A stretch of DNA of 64,000 bases, from assembly GCA_963663475.2 (NCBI GenBank), contig CAXXJV010000001.1:1376001-1440000 (forward strand), in the 5' to 3' direction. This stretch comes from Candidatus Cloacimonadales bacterium (GTDB lineage Bacteria; Cloacimonadota; Cloacimonadia; Cloacimonadales; JAFGVF01). The stretch's first letter is position 1; each line of letters opens with the position of its first letter. The translations under genes and the position numbers were made by a program. The notes beneath the pieces were generated by a model. That model did no database searches. It was given only the letters and a program-made list of their open reading frames with translations, and was not told the DNA's origin. Below are positions 45,845 to 56,229 of this stretch, one piece after another.

Positions 45845-47026
45845 ATGAAAAGAATGTTTAAAATGGTGAATAAAATTCAGGACTATGAGTGGGGAACACA
45901 GGATTATATAGCTGAGTTAATAGCTCTTGAGAAAAAAGATGATAAGCCTTGGGCTGAACTTTGGATGAGCTCTCATGAAAAAGCACCATCTTACCTTCCA
46001 GAGCTTGATATGACTTTGGATAAAGCTATAGCCAGGAATCCCCAATACTTCCTTGGTAAGGAGACTGCTGAAGAATATAATATGAAGTTACCTTATCTTT
46101 TTAAAGTGCTTAGTTCAAGTAAAGCTTTGTCTATCCAAGCCCACCCGAATTTAGATCAAGCTAAGACTGGTTATAAAAAAGAGAATGAACATGGAATTGC
46201 TTTGGGTGATTATAAGCGCAACTATAAAGACGATAATCATAAACCGGAATTAATTTGTGCTTTAACTGATTTTCATGCTATGTGTGGCTTTAGACCAAGC
46301 TGGGAAACAATTAATTATTTCTCTGAGTTAGATTTACCTTCTATTTTTGAAAATTTTTATCAGTTTAAAAAGCTGGGTGATTCTGTTAGCTGGGCAAAGC
46401 TATTTAATGAAATCTTACGGGTATCAGGAGATAAAAAGCAAGCAATTCTTGAGAGAGTAAGAAAAAACCTGTCTTCATTAACTGATCAATATACTAGTAG
46501 TTGGTTAGCTAAATTATTAGATTTTTATCCTAATGATATTGGTGCTATCTCTCCTCTTTTCTTAAACACTTTTATGCTGAAACCAGGTCAGGCTATTTTT
46601 CTAGAAGCTGGTCTTCTTCATGCTTACTTGCAAGGAAGTGGAATCGAGATAATGGCAAATTCAGATAATGTACTAAGAGGTGGACTTACTCCTAAGAATA
46701 TTGATGTAGATGAATTAACTTCAATATTAAAATGGGATATGAAGAAAGCAGATATCCAAAATTATCCTAGTGAGCAAGAATTAATCAATTATGAAATACC
46801 CATTAGCGAGTTTAGTTTGAGAAAACTTAATTTACATGGGATTTACAAGCTTGTAAATGGAAAACCAACCATGCTCTTACTTGTCTCAGGCAACTTAGTT
46901 GCTAAAACTGCTTCTGAAATACTAAGAGTTGAAAAAGGAGAATCAATATTTCTCACTGGTCAAGCTAAAGATGTTGAATTATCTGGACAAGCTTTGGTAT
47001 TTATAGCATCAACTGGAACTAACTAA
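45845..47026 (+). CDS. manA: Mannose-6-phosphate isomerase class I
   Basis: YEWG, AELWM, LSIQAHP, NHKPE, HAYL, NSDNVLRGGLTPK. Confidence 0.93.
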   Translation: MKRMFKMVNKIQDYEWGTQDYIAELIALEKKDDKPWAELWMSSHEKAPSYLPELDMTLDKAIARNPQYFLGKETAEEYNMKLPYLFKVLSSSKALSIQAHPNLDQAKTGYKKENEHGIALGDYKRNYKDDNHKPELICALTDFHAMCGFRPSWETINYFSELDLPSIFENFYQFKKLGDSVSWAKLFNEILRVSGDKKQAILERVRKNLSSLTDQYTSSWLAKLLDFYPNDIGAISPLFLNTFMLKPGQAIFLEAGLLHAYLQGSGIEIMANSDNVLRGGLTPKNIDVDELTSILKWDMKKADIQNYPSEQELINYEIPISEFSLRKLNLHGIYKLVNGKPTMLLLVSGNLVAKTASEILRVEKGESIFLTGQAKDVELSGQALVFIASTGTN

Positions 47027-47040
47027 AAACTATTCAAATA

Positions 47041-47080
47041 AAAAAAAGAGGACTTAGCTAGCTAAGTCCTCTAGTTTTTT
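47041..47080. terminator. Bidirectional terminator
   Basis: A tract-AGAGGACTTAGCTAGCTAAGTCCTCT-T tract between convergent genes. Confidence 0.7.
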
Positions 47081-47132
47081 AAATAATTCTTTATCAAAAT
47101 CTCACTTCTGAGCGAGATAAACAAATTCTAAA

Positions 47133-47408
47133 TTAATATCTGTTTGTTCTGCGTCTTGGTCTTTCTTCTCTAGGACGAGCTTCATTAACTTTGATGCCTC
47201 TTCCCATTATTTCTTTGTCATTTAAACTGTCGATAGCTTCTTGACCAGCTGCATTGTCAGCCATTTCAACGAAACCAAAACCTTTAGGACGACCAGTTTC
47301 TCTGTCTTCAATAATTTTAACTGAAGTAACTTCACCAAATTCCGCAAATAATTCTCTTAATTCTTCTTGTGTCATAGTATATGACAAGTTTCCAACGTAA
47401 ATATTCAT
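47133..47408 (-). CDS. RRM RNA-binding protein
   Basis: MNIYVGNLSY (RNP2), KGFGFVEM (RNP1); start at 47408 with GAGG RBS. Confidence 0.92.
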   Translation of the reverse strand: MNIYVGNLSYTMTQEELRELFAEFGEVTSVKIIEDRETGRPKGFGFVEMADNAAGQEAIDSLNDKEIMGRGIKVNEARPREERPRRRTNRY

Positions 47409-47741
47409 TAATTCCTCACATTCTAACTTCTTATACAGAAGTCTATTTGACCTAAAAATATAAAAGTGTAATTTACTGTCAATCTTTATTTTATTTATTT
47501 TCTGTAAATTGATAAAAATGTGAGTAAAAAGTTGGCGATAGGTGGTATTAATCATATGTTAGACACAAGTCTAAGGAATTAGAGAAAAACAAAAAATATA
47601 TTTTCTTAAGGAGGTTTAATACTTGTTTTTAAATTAATATACTTCTTAATCTCCAAAATTTAATCAAGATGGCACTTATAGCAAAAAGGATATTGATAGA
47701 GATGTTTCTTGACATAATAGACCCAATATTTGGAATGGTCT

Positions 47742-47895
47742 AGTAACTGGTTCACAAATGTGCTAAGATGGAATTCGGTGAAAAACCGAAACAGCCCCCG
47801 CTACTGTAATTAGGAACGAAATAGTCGAGACCACTCTCTTTGGAGGGGAAGGTACTAGAGTAGGTAGCCTATTAGTCAGGAAACATGCCAGAGAC
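47742..47895 (+). promoter_or_regulatory. Cobalamin riboswitch
   Basis: GGAATTCGGTGAAAAACCGAAACAGCCCCCGCTACTGTAA ... CCACT..GGGAAGG ... AGTCAGGAAACATGCC (B12 box). Confidence 0.9.
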
Positions 47896-47991
47896 AATAC
47901 TATAAAATAACTTTCGGGTGGAAGGTTAGATTTATTACCCTTTGTAATACAATCTATAATTTTCATCTGGAGAAGTAAGGAGTTTGTACCT

Positions 47992-50667
47992 ATGTGTAGT
48001 ACTTTGGACTTTTCTGGATTTATGAAATCCAAATTCATGATTTTACTGTTACTTTTGAACCTTAGTTCATTGTTTTCTTTCTCATTTGACGATGTCCAGT
48101 TTTGGGCAGGTCAGGGTTCTTCTCAAGCAATTCTGGTTATTGATTGGCAAGATGATTATCCAGCTCTTGTTTGGGGTTACAGGTTTTCCTACATGACCTC
48201 AGGAGCTGATATGCTTAATGCAATTGCTGAAGCTGATGAGAGACTTTCTTTTAATGGTTCAAGTTTTGTTAATGATTTATCTTACATTGTTGAAGGGGTG
48301 AACCAGCATTCTGGAATGCATGGTGATCCTAATTACTGGAGTCTTCACCAGGCTACAGTTGAAGGAGATTCTTTAGACTGGTCACACTTAGCTGGTTTAA
48401 ATTTTACAATTCAAGCAGGACAAGCTTTAGGCTGTTCTTATGGAATTGACAATCCCACAAATGATTATAACAACTTAGAAATAGTCCAAGTTCCATATGA
48501 AATACCAGAAGAACCTACAATGGCTGATATTGATTATTGGGTAGGAAGTGGAAGTAATGAGGCAGCTTTAGTTATTGACTGGTTTGATGGTTTAAATCCA
48601 CGCTCCTTAGTTTGGGGGTATCGTTGGGATGGAGAAGCTAATGGACTGGATATGATTAATGCTATTGCTGAAGCAGATATCCGTCTCTCTGGAGATTTTG
48701 ATGCAATGGTATCCCAAGTTCAATACGATTTGGACAATAATGGATTAATTGATGAAAGTGACCATAATATGGGAATGAATGAATATCCATCAGGCTATTG
48801 GAGTTATTTTTTAAAGGCAGAATCCACGCAAGATTGGACTTATGCTTCTACTGGTGTAGCAGGTAGAATTCTCACTGATGGTTGTTGGGATGGTTGGGTG
48901 TTTGTTACAGATTGGTCAATTTCTGAGTTTCCATATCCTGCACTCCCCGCTGAAGCTCCAATTACAAATGAAAGTCCTATTAGTTTTGAAGAAATTAACT
49001 ACTGGATTGGAGAAGGTAATCAAGCTGCCCTCTTAATCATTGACTGGAATGATGATAGTACTAACCCTTCTTTAGCCTGGGGTTATAGATTTAATTCTGG
49101 AGATAGTGCAAGTGGGGCAAGTATCTTAGAAGCTATCTCTGCAGTAGATAATAGACTTGATGTTGAGATGACTTCAATGCTGGATGAAATAACTTATAGT
49201 GTAGATGGACAAGTAGAAAATACTTCAATTGATGGGGGAGATTGGTGGTCAACATGGACCTGGACAGAAGATTCAGCTTGGGAAATGAATTCAGGTATAT
49301 CAGCTAATATTTTAGATGGTCAAATATTTGCTTGCTCATACGGCTTTACTCCTCACGCAAGTGCGCCTGATAATCCTATAGCAGTTGACGAGTATATTAT
49401 TCAGGGGGATAGTCCTCTTGCAGTTGATGATAACTATTATATCCAGAATGACATCATGTATCAACTTCACATTCTTAATAATGACTCTGATGATATTGAA
49501 ATCAATCCGACATCTATTATTATTGTTAATGATGCTAGTTATGGTAACTTAACTGTGACTACTGATGGCCATATTGAATATATTAGTGAAGTAGCTTATG
49601 AAGGTCAAGATAGTTTTTCATATCAAATTTATGATTATGATAACATGGTTTCAAATGAAGCTGTAGTGAATCTACATATATATGCTGCTTTTACAGGAAA
49701 TGCAGATGCTGAAAACACTTTAGCTATTTCAAATGAGTCTGCAGAGATTAAAGCTTGGGCAAGTGGTATTGAACTAGTCAGAGGTCCTCAAAATATCTCA
49801 GATGAAAATTCTCCTTTAGCTTCTTACGGGTCAGAAGAAAATGCCTTAGGTTTTGCAGAAGGTAGCTCAACTGAAGTAGTCTCTCTAGGTGATGGAGGTA
49901 GTGCAACACTTACTTTTACTAATCCTATTATTGATGGTCCAGGTCCTGATTTTGCTGTTTTTGAGAATGCTTTTTTGGATACTAGTCTTGAGTTAGCTTT
50001 CGTAGAAGTAAGCTCTAATGGCATTGATTTTGTTAGGTTTCCTGCTATTTCTCTGACTCAGAATGAAGTTCAATTAGGTAATTCTGATGGTATTGATTGT
50101 AGGTCAATTCATAATTTAGCGGGAAAATATAGACAAGGTTATGGCACTCCTTTTGATTTAGCTCAACTCGCAGAGTTTCCTGAATTAAATCTTAACAATA
50201 TAATGTATGTTAGAATTATTGATGTTGTAGGTTCAATCACACCTGAATATGCTAGTTATGATTCAAATGGTAATATTATAAATGATCCATTTCCAACAGA
50301 CTTTGAATCTGCTGGATTTGACTTAGATGGAATAGCTGTTATTAATGAATGGGAAGAAGTTTCTAATGACAACAATATTATTGGATCTTTAGTAACTACT
50401 TTAGGAGATGCCTATCCAAATCCTTTTAATCCTGAAACTACAATTAGTTTCTCTATCCCAGAAAGTCAAAAGTGTATTCTGCAAATATATAACTTAAAAG
50501 GACAGTTAGTTAAAAACATTGTTAATAATCATTTAACTAAAGGAAGTCATGCTTACACCTGGAATGGTAAGGATAATAAAGGTAAAACTGTTAGCTCTGG
50601 TATTTATTTGTATGAATTAAAAACTACCAATAGGTCTTTTGTTAAAAAGATGATTCTGCAAAAATAG
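47992..50667 (+). CDS. B12-regulated secreted multidomain protein with C-terminal sorting/FlgD-like domain
   Basis: Signal peptide, three W.G.G..A.LVIDW..L.WGYR repeats, Ig/cadherin-like unit, SLGDGG..DFAVFEN domain, YPNPFNPET tail. Confidence 0.8.
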   Translation: MCSTLDFSGFMKSKFMILLLLLNLSSLFSFSFDDVQFWAGQGSSQAILVIDWQDDYPALVWGYRFSYMTSGADMLNAIAEADERLSFNGSSFVNDLSYIVEGVNQHSGMHGDPNYWSLHQATVEGDSLDWSHLAGLNFTIQAGQALGCSYGIDNPTNDYNNLEIVQVPYEIPEEPTMADIDYWVGSGSNEAALVIDWFDGLNPRSLVWGYRWDGEANGLDMINAIAEADIRLSGDFDAMVSQVQYDLDNNGLIDESDHNMGMNEYPSGYWSYFLKAESTQDWTYASTGVAGRILTDGCWDGWVFVTDWSISEFPYPALPAEAPITNESPISFEEINYWIGEGNQAALLIIDWNDDSTNPSLAWGYRFNSGDSASGASILEAISAVDNRLDVEMTSMLDEITYSVDGQVENTSIDGGDWWSTWTWTEDSAWEMNSGISANILDGQIFACSYGFTPHASAPDNPIAVDEYIIQGDSPLAVDDNYYIQNDIMYQLHILNNDSDDIEINPTSIIIVNDASYGNLTVTTDGHIEYISEVAYEGQDSFSYQIYDYDNMVSNEAVVNLHIYAAFTGNADAENTLAISNESAEIKAWASGIELVRGPQNISDENSPLASYGSEENALGFAEGSSTEVVSLGDGGSATLTFTNPIIDGPGPDFAVFENAFLDTSLELAFVEVSSNGIDFVRFPAISLTQNEVQLGNSDGIDCRSIHNLAGKYRQGYGTPFDLAQLAEFPELNLNNIMYVRIIDVVGSITPEYASYDSNGNIINDPFPTDFESAGFDLDGIAVINEWEEVSNDNNIIGSLVTTLGDAYPNPFNPETTISFSIPESQKCILQIYNLKGQLVKNIVNNHLTKGSHAYTWNGKDNKGKTVSSGIYLYELKTTNRSFVKKMILQK

Positions 50668-50748
50668 CTTGGATCTGTTTTATTAATTAGAATAATAATC
50701 CTTTAAGAGAGTATTGAGAAAATCAGTACTCTCTTTTATTAACCTTTA

Positions 50749-51114
50749 ACCCCGATAGTGCAGTAGAGCTTTGCGAATAGCAGAATCTTTTTTTGCAAGA
50801 GTAAGCTACATAATTTTCATGAATATATATATTAGGCTCAAGTTCAAGTCTGGTGGGAATAATATAGGAAAATGAGAATATTTCATTACTATATTGATTC
50901 ATCAAAAATCCCTGAAAGGGATAAAATAATTTAGCCCAGGGTAAGATGCTGACTTGTGAAGGCGTAGCTTTAGCGAAGACTCAAAGTATCGCAAGCCTGG
51001 ATAATGATTGCTAGCCCAAAGATATTACCCTGTAAGGGTTTAATAAAATGATAAATAATGTATTATCCCAAATAATCTGCACTCTTCACCAAAGCTCTAC
51101 TACACTATCTGGGT
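50749..51114. mobile_element. MITE copy interrupted by a REP composite
   Basis: MITE left arm 50749-50832 and right arm 51071-51114 flank an approximately 235-bp insert. Confidence 0.75.
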
Positions 51115-51280
51115 TTTAAAATAAAGATTCCTGATAAAGTAATGGAGAAGAAAGTCTTATTACCGAAAATCAATGCCCTATTCGAGTTTAACTGACTTTC
51201 CAAAGAACTTTATAGCTACTAAACTAGTTAGATATTGACATATTTTATTAAGAAAAAAACATAGCAAAAAGGAAGGTAAA

Positions 51281-51775
51281 ATGGAAAATACAAATGATTT
51301 GGCAAAAAAAGCTTATGATTTAGCAAGTAAATATTACTTAGAACATGGTGGCTGTCCTCAATGTGTTCTAATGGCAGTAAAAGAAACCATAGGTTTTGTG
51401 ACTGATGATTTGATTAAGGCTTCTCATCCTCTTTCTGGAGGGGTAAGTCTGCTTGGTAAAGGAACATGTGGAGCTTTAACTGGTGGTCTGTTAGCTCTTG
51501 GTAGCAAGTATGGAAGAGATTTAGCTAAAGCAAGTCATGTTAAAACTAAGAAAAGCTTAGAAATGGGGAAAGAGCTTATTGAACGTCACGAAAAGGAACT
51601 TGGCTCATTTACATGTCATGGCTTTCAAAAACAAATTCACAATAAAACTTTCGATATGTGGAATCCTGAAGAGCTTGAGCAAGTGAAAAATGATAAGTTT
51701 GTTAAAAATTGTGCTCATATTACTGGAAAAGTTGCTCAGTGGTGTGTGGAGATGATATTGCAAGAATCAAGATAA
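51281..51775 (+). CDS. C-GCAxxG-C-C family redox protein
   Basis: GCPQCV, GTCGALTGG, TC, NC cysteine pattern. Confidence 0.85.
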   Translation: MENTNDLAKKAYDLASKYYLEHGGCPQCVLMAVKETIGFVTDDLIKASHPLSGGVSLLGKGTCGALTGGLLALGSKYGRDLAKASHVKTKKSLEMGKELIERHEKELGSFTCHGFQKQIHNKTFDMWNPEELEQVKNDKFVKNCAHITGKVAQWCVEMILQESR

Positions 51776-51887
51776 TAAGCTAATGCTAAAAAATCTAAAA
51801 AAATAGCTATCATAATATCTGAATGATTTGTTACTTGACATTAATAAAAACAAAAGTATTGTGGATACAAAATAAGTGGGAGATACA

Positions 51888-52967
51888 ATGATAGATAAAA
51901 TATCTGTTTCTGGTTATAAATCTATTAAAAAAACTGAGTTATTACTTAAAAACTTAAATGTTCTAATTGGACCTAACGGAGCTGGTAAAAGTAATTTTTT
52001 ATCTATCTTTAAAATGGTTAAAAGTATTATTAATGAGGATTTCCAGAAATGGGTTATTAAAAATGGAGGAGCTAATAGGATATTACATTTTGGAGAGAAG
52101 GTTACTAGTCAGATATCCCTTGAACTATGTTTCGGGAGGGATAAATACCAGGCAGACCTGATTCCTGCTAGAGATACTCTTTTGATAGGTAAAGATACTC
52201 TGTATTATACATTTTTTAGTGGTTATGAATATGATATACCATCTACGAAACAAGCTCCTGAAAGTTGTATCCGTAAAGAAGCTCTTTTACACCCGAATAA
52301 GATTGCTGATAAAATGTTAAAAAAGATGAGTGATTGGCAAATTTTCCACTTTCATGATACTAGTGATTCTTCTCCAATGAAAAGATATAATGACATAGTT
52401 GGTAATGATAAACTCCTAAGCGATGCTGGAAATATTTCAGCATACCTATATTTTTTAAAAAGAAAATATCCTAAGAATTATTTTTTAATTGAAAATACTA
52501 TCCAATTAATCGCTCCCTATTTTAAGAGATTTGTAATAGAACCAACTTTAGAAAATGATAATTTGGTAAGGCTAAAATGGATCAGTCATTCTTATGATTA
52601 TGTAATGGATATTGATGATTTTTCAGATGGTACTTTAAGATTTATATGTTATGTAGTTCTACTACTTCAACCTTCAGAATTAATTCCAGAGACTATTATT
52701 ATTGATGAGCCAGAATTAGGTCTGCACCCTAAAGCCCTCGAAACTCTAGTATCAATGTTAAAAGTAGTTGCTGAAAACAAACAAGTGATTATTTCAACCC
52801 AGTCTGTTGAACTAATCAACTATTTCGATATTGAAGATTTGATTGTTGTTGATAGACTTAGAGAAGATAGTAACTTTAAGAGATTGAAGAAAGCAGATTT
52901 TGAAGCTTGGCTAGAAGATTATTCTTTAGGAGAGATGTGGAACAAGAATATAATTGGAGGACAATAA
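51888..52967 (+). CDS. AAA_21/AAA_15-type ABC-like ATPase
   Basis: GYKSI, GPNGAGKSN, FSDGTLR signature, IIIDEPELGLHP, STQS. Confidence 0.88.
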   Translation: MIDKISVSGYKSIKKTELLLKNLNVLIGPNGAGKSNFLSIFKMVKSIINEDFQKWVIKNGGANRILHFGEKVTSQISLELCFGRDKYQADLIPARDTLLIGKDTLYYTFFSGYEYDIPSTKQAPESCIRKEALLHPNKIADKMLKKMSDWQIFHFHDTSDSSPMKRYNDIVGNDKLLSDAGNISAYLYFLKRKYPKNYFLIENTIQLIAPYFKRFVIEPTLENDNLVRLKWISHSYDYVMDIDDFSDGTLRFICYVVLLLQPSELIPETIIIDEPELGLHPKALETLVSMLKVVAENKQVIISTQSVELINYFDIEDLIVVDRLREDSNFKRLKKADFEAWLEDYSLGEMWNKNIIGGQ

Positions 52968-53642
52968 ATGCTCAGACTTGCAATTCATGTTGAAGGTCAA
53001 ACTGAAAGGAGCTTTGTAAGTGAACTTTTAGCCCCATATTTTCTCCAATTTAATATTTTTGTCCAACCTATAATCATTTGTACTAGTAAAGATCATTGTG
53101 GTAAAAAGCATCTTGGTGGACTTACCAGAAAATCATACAACAATAATGTAAGGAAAGAACTGATAAGACTTCTAAATAGCTTCGATTTTGTTACAACTTT
53201 ATATGATTATTATGGTATTCCTAGTGATTTCCCTGGTTTTGATAGCCAAGAAAAAAATGCAGATAAACAAATTGATAACATTTGTAAGGCTTTAGAAAAA
53301 GACCTTAACAAAAAGAATTTCTTTCCTTTTCTAATTAAACATGAATTTGAAAGTTTATTGTTCACAAAACCAGAATCTGCCAGTCTTATAGATGAAGACC
53401 TTGCTTTAGAAATGAAAAAAATATTAATGGAATTTAATAATCAACCTGAAATGATAAACAATAATAAAAATACTTCACCATCTCATAGGATAATAGCAAC
53501 ATTCCCTTCATATAAAAAGGTTTTACATGGCAACTTAATTGCCAAAGATATTGCACTTGATAATATGCTAAACATGTGCCCACATTTCTCTTCTTGGATT
53601 GAAAAAATTAAAGATTTAGCTAATCAAATCACTTATCTATAG
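52968..53642 (+). CDS. DUF4276-like (TOPRIM-related) protein
   Basis: VEGQTE, TTLYDYY, HEFESLLF, PEMIN..TSPS.RI, CPHF..W. Confidence 0.8.
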   Translation: MLRLAIHVEGQTERSFVSELLAPYFLQFNIFVQPIIICTSKDHCGKKHLGGLTRKSYNNNVRKELIRLLNSFDFVTTLYDYYGIPSDFPGFDSQEKNADKQIDNICKALEKDLNKKNFFPFLIKHEFESLLFTKPESASLIDEDLALEMKKILMEFNNQPEMINNNKNTSPSHRIIATFPSYKKVLHGNLIAKDIALDNMLNMCPHFSSWIEKIKDLANQITYL

Positions 53643-54034
53643 CAAGTGCAACCTTTGTTATTGTCTTGCTACTTAATCTTGCTTGAAAGCTGATTCTAAA
53701 ATAAGAAATATCTATTAAATAAAAAAGGTGATAAGCCATCTTTCAATCTATGTCTTACCACCGAAAACTACTGCACCATTTGGTTAAAAACTATTGACTC
53801 AAGTTCAAGTTTGGTGGAAAAAACTCAAGTAAATCAGAATGTTTTATTAGAATTGAGATTTAACAAAAATCCCCCTTGGGGAATTAAGACTTATCCTTTC
53901 AGGATTGCGTTTTTTTCGCAAGCAAAACCTACTCCTATCAGTAAAATTATACTTGTAACATTTTATCATTCAATTAATATGCCATACTAAAAGTCTCTTT
54001 TTAACCATCAGTCTTGAACTTGGGCCAAACTATT

Positions 54035-54451
54035 TTATCTTTTTATCACTAAGCAGTTAGCCATTTTATCATGAAGAGCTTGTTTTTGGTCAGTAAAGGC
54101 TGCCATAAGATAGCCAATCATAAGGATAAAAGCTGAAACTATTTTACCAAAGTGTCTACCTGTAGCCCTTAAGAAACCTATTCTCCTACCATAAATATCA
54201 ACAACTTTAAGTCCCAGAATGAATTTTCCTAGAGAGGCTTGCATAGGAGAGCTTTCCAAGATAGAGAAATATAACCAGAAGATTAAAGTGTTCATTAAAG
54301 TAATTGGTGAATTTAAGGCATCAAAATAAGTTTGATCAATACTAAAAGCTGGGGCATCAAATCCCATTAAGAGAAGTCTTGAAATTAAGGTAATAATAAT
54401 TGAATCAATGATTGCTGCAAAAAATCTAAGCCAAAAGCCTGCATATTTCAT
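54035..54451 (-). CDS. RDD family membrane protein
   Basis: YAGFWLRFFAAIID, QASLGK, QALHDKMA. Confidence 0.92.
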   Translation of the reverse strand: MKYAGFWLRFFAAIIDSIIITLISRLLLMGFDAPAFSIDQTYFDALNSPITLMNTLIFWLYFSILESSPMQASLGKFILGLKVVDIYGRRIGFLRATGRHFGKIVSAFILMIGYLMAAFTDQKQALHDKMANCLVIKR

Positions 54452-54581
54452 AGTAATACTCCATATTTTTTTAACAAACTTAAGGTTTATTTTTATTTTG
54501 TCAAGTATAAAAGCAAGTAATTCAGATTTTTTTCAAGAAATACTTTATATCTTTAACTCAAATAATTAAGTAGGTCTTTGA

Positions 54582-54744
54582 ACCCAAATAATGCAGTAGA
54601 CCTTTGTGAACAGCACTATATTCTTCTGCAAAAGTAACTTCCATAATTTCTCCGAATATATAAAATACATGCGTCAAAATTCTGTAAGCTATTTTGCTAG
54701 AATAATCTGCACTCTTCACTAAAGCTCTACTACACTATCTGGGT
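54582..54744. mobile_element. Approximately 163-bp MITE copy
   Basis: ACCCAAATAATGCAGTAGA...CTACTACACTATCTGGGT. Confidence 0.8.
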
Positions 54745-54982
54745 TGAAAATAATTGAATATTCATTTGTAAAACTAACTTTTATAAATCTCCCTACTATA
54801 TATTTTGTCTGCATTTAAACTCTTCAAGTTATTTTTTACAAGAACTTGCATTTTTCTCTAAAGCTCGAATGCCTAATTTGGGATTATAGTAAATTCATTC
54901 TGCTGTAATCCAACTATGCCGTAATTTGGGGAAAGAAAAAACCCTTCCTGAGAAGGGTTTATATAATCCGGGAAATATCATC

Positions 54983-55300
54983 CTATAAATAGGCTTGAAT
55001 TTTCTTAATAAGCGTACTTTTATTGACTAAGCCAACAGTCTGTTCCTTAATTTGGCCATCTTTAAATAAGATAAGGGTAGGGATAGACATAACAGAATAT
55101 TTTCCTGCTATTGCTGGAGCTTCATCAATATTAATTTTAACTACTTTAAGTTTTCCTTCTAATTCTTGAGCTATTTTTTCTACAGTAGGGGTTAAAGCCT
55201 TACAAGGACCACACCAGGGAGCCCAAAAATCTACTAAAACAGGGATATCTGAATTTTCAACGATTTCGGTAAAGTTTGTTTCGTTTACTTCAATCATCAT
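54983..55300 (-). CDS. trxA: Thioredoxin
   Basis: WCGPC. Confidence 0.96.
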   Translation of the reverse strand: MMIEVNETNFTEIVENSDIPVLVDFWAPWCGPCKALTPTVEKIAQELEGKLKVVKINIDEAPAIAGKYSVMSIPTLILFKDGQIKEQTVGLVNKSTLIKKIQAYL

Positions 55301-55572
55301 TACTCCACGATAGCAAGAATATCTGAACGGGAAATGATTAGATATTTCTCACCATCAAGTTCAACTTCGTTTCCACCATACTTAGCGTAAAGTACAGTAT
55401 CTCCAACTTTAACAATTTCTTGCAAATCTTCGTCATTACCAACAGCAATGATTTCACCCATTTGTGGTTTTTCTTTTGCACTGTCTGGAATGTATAAATT
55501 TCCAACTTTTTTCTCTGTAGGTTTTTGATCTAATTTAATCACTACACGATCATCAATAGGTTTAAGTATCAT
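55300..55572 (-). CDS. groES: Co-chaperonin GroES
   Basis: LKPIDDRVVI, IPDSAKEKP, VKVGDTVLYAKYGG, DILAI. Confidence 0.95.
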   Translation of the reverse strand: MILKPIDDRVVIKLDQKPTEKKVGNLYIPDSAKEKPQMGEIIAVGNDEDLQEIVKVGDTVLYAKYGGNEVELDGEKYLIISRSDILAIVE

Positions 55573-55618
55573 CTTATACCTCCGTTTTTTTGATTTATTT
55601 TTATTTAAAGTTCATTAT

Positions 55619-55645
55619 TTAGCAAACATATTTTCAGACTGCTAA
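55619..55645 (-). promoter_or_regulatory. CIRCE-like operator upstream of groES
   Basis: Minus strand TTAGCAGTC-N9-GTTTGCTAA; TTGACT -35 adjacent. Confidence 0.8.
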
Positions 55646-56017
55646 ATTTAGTCAAGATTTTTTTTAGTTAAATTTTAAATTCTTTTTTATTCTTATGCAT
55701 CCCTAATACTTCCTTTACACTCTTTCGATGAAAGGCGGACTTTCATCGAAAGAGTGTAAAGGAAGGCTTAAGGATCCTAGAGGCAAAATTGCTAAGAAAT
55801 ATTAGAAATTTAAGTCTAGCAAAAATCTCAAGAATCATGAGTGAATCTTTATGAAGTCGAGTTTTTTCTAATAAGAGAGGAAGAATAAAATCAGTCTTTA
55901 TTTCAAAAATATAAGATAAAAATAAATCTAACTCCCTATATTGAAGAATGTTAACTGATTAGCAATAGTGGGAAAATAAGGTTTGACATTAGGTTAAAAT
56001 TGAGTATCTTATATTTA

Positions 56018-56208
56018 ACCTAAATAATGCAGTAGATCTTTGTGAAATGCAGAATATTCTTATGCAAAAGCATCTTACATAATTTTCATGAATATATATT
56101 ATATGCTTTCAAATTTTGCAAATTATTTTGCTATAATAATCTGCACTCTTCACCTGTGATACCTAGCTTTAGCCAAGTATTACTAAAGTTCTAAGCATCA
56201 TCTAGGAT
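56018..56208. mobile_element. MITE copy carrying a 30-bp insert
   Basis: Homologous to other copies; extra CTGTGATACCTAGCTTTAGCCAAGTATTAC at 56154-56183. Confidence 0.75.
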
Positions 56209-56229
56209 TAATTTCGTAAAGGAGAAAAA

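Noticed and set aside
47763-48038. Minus-strand 91-aa ORF
   Set aside because: Overlaps the cobalamin riboswitch and the start of the real gene.
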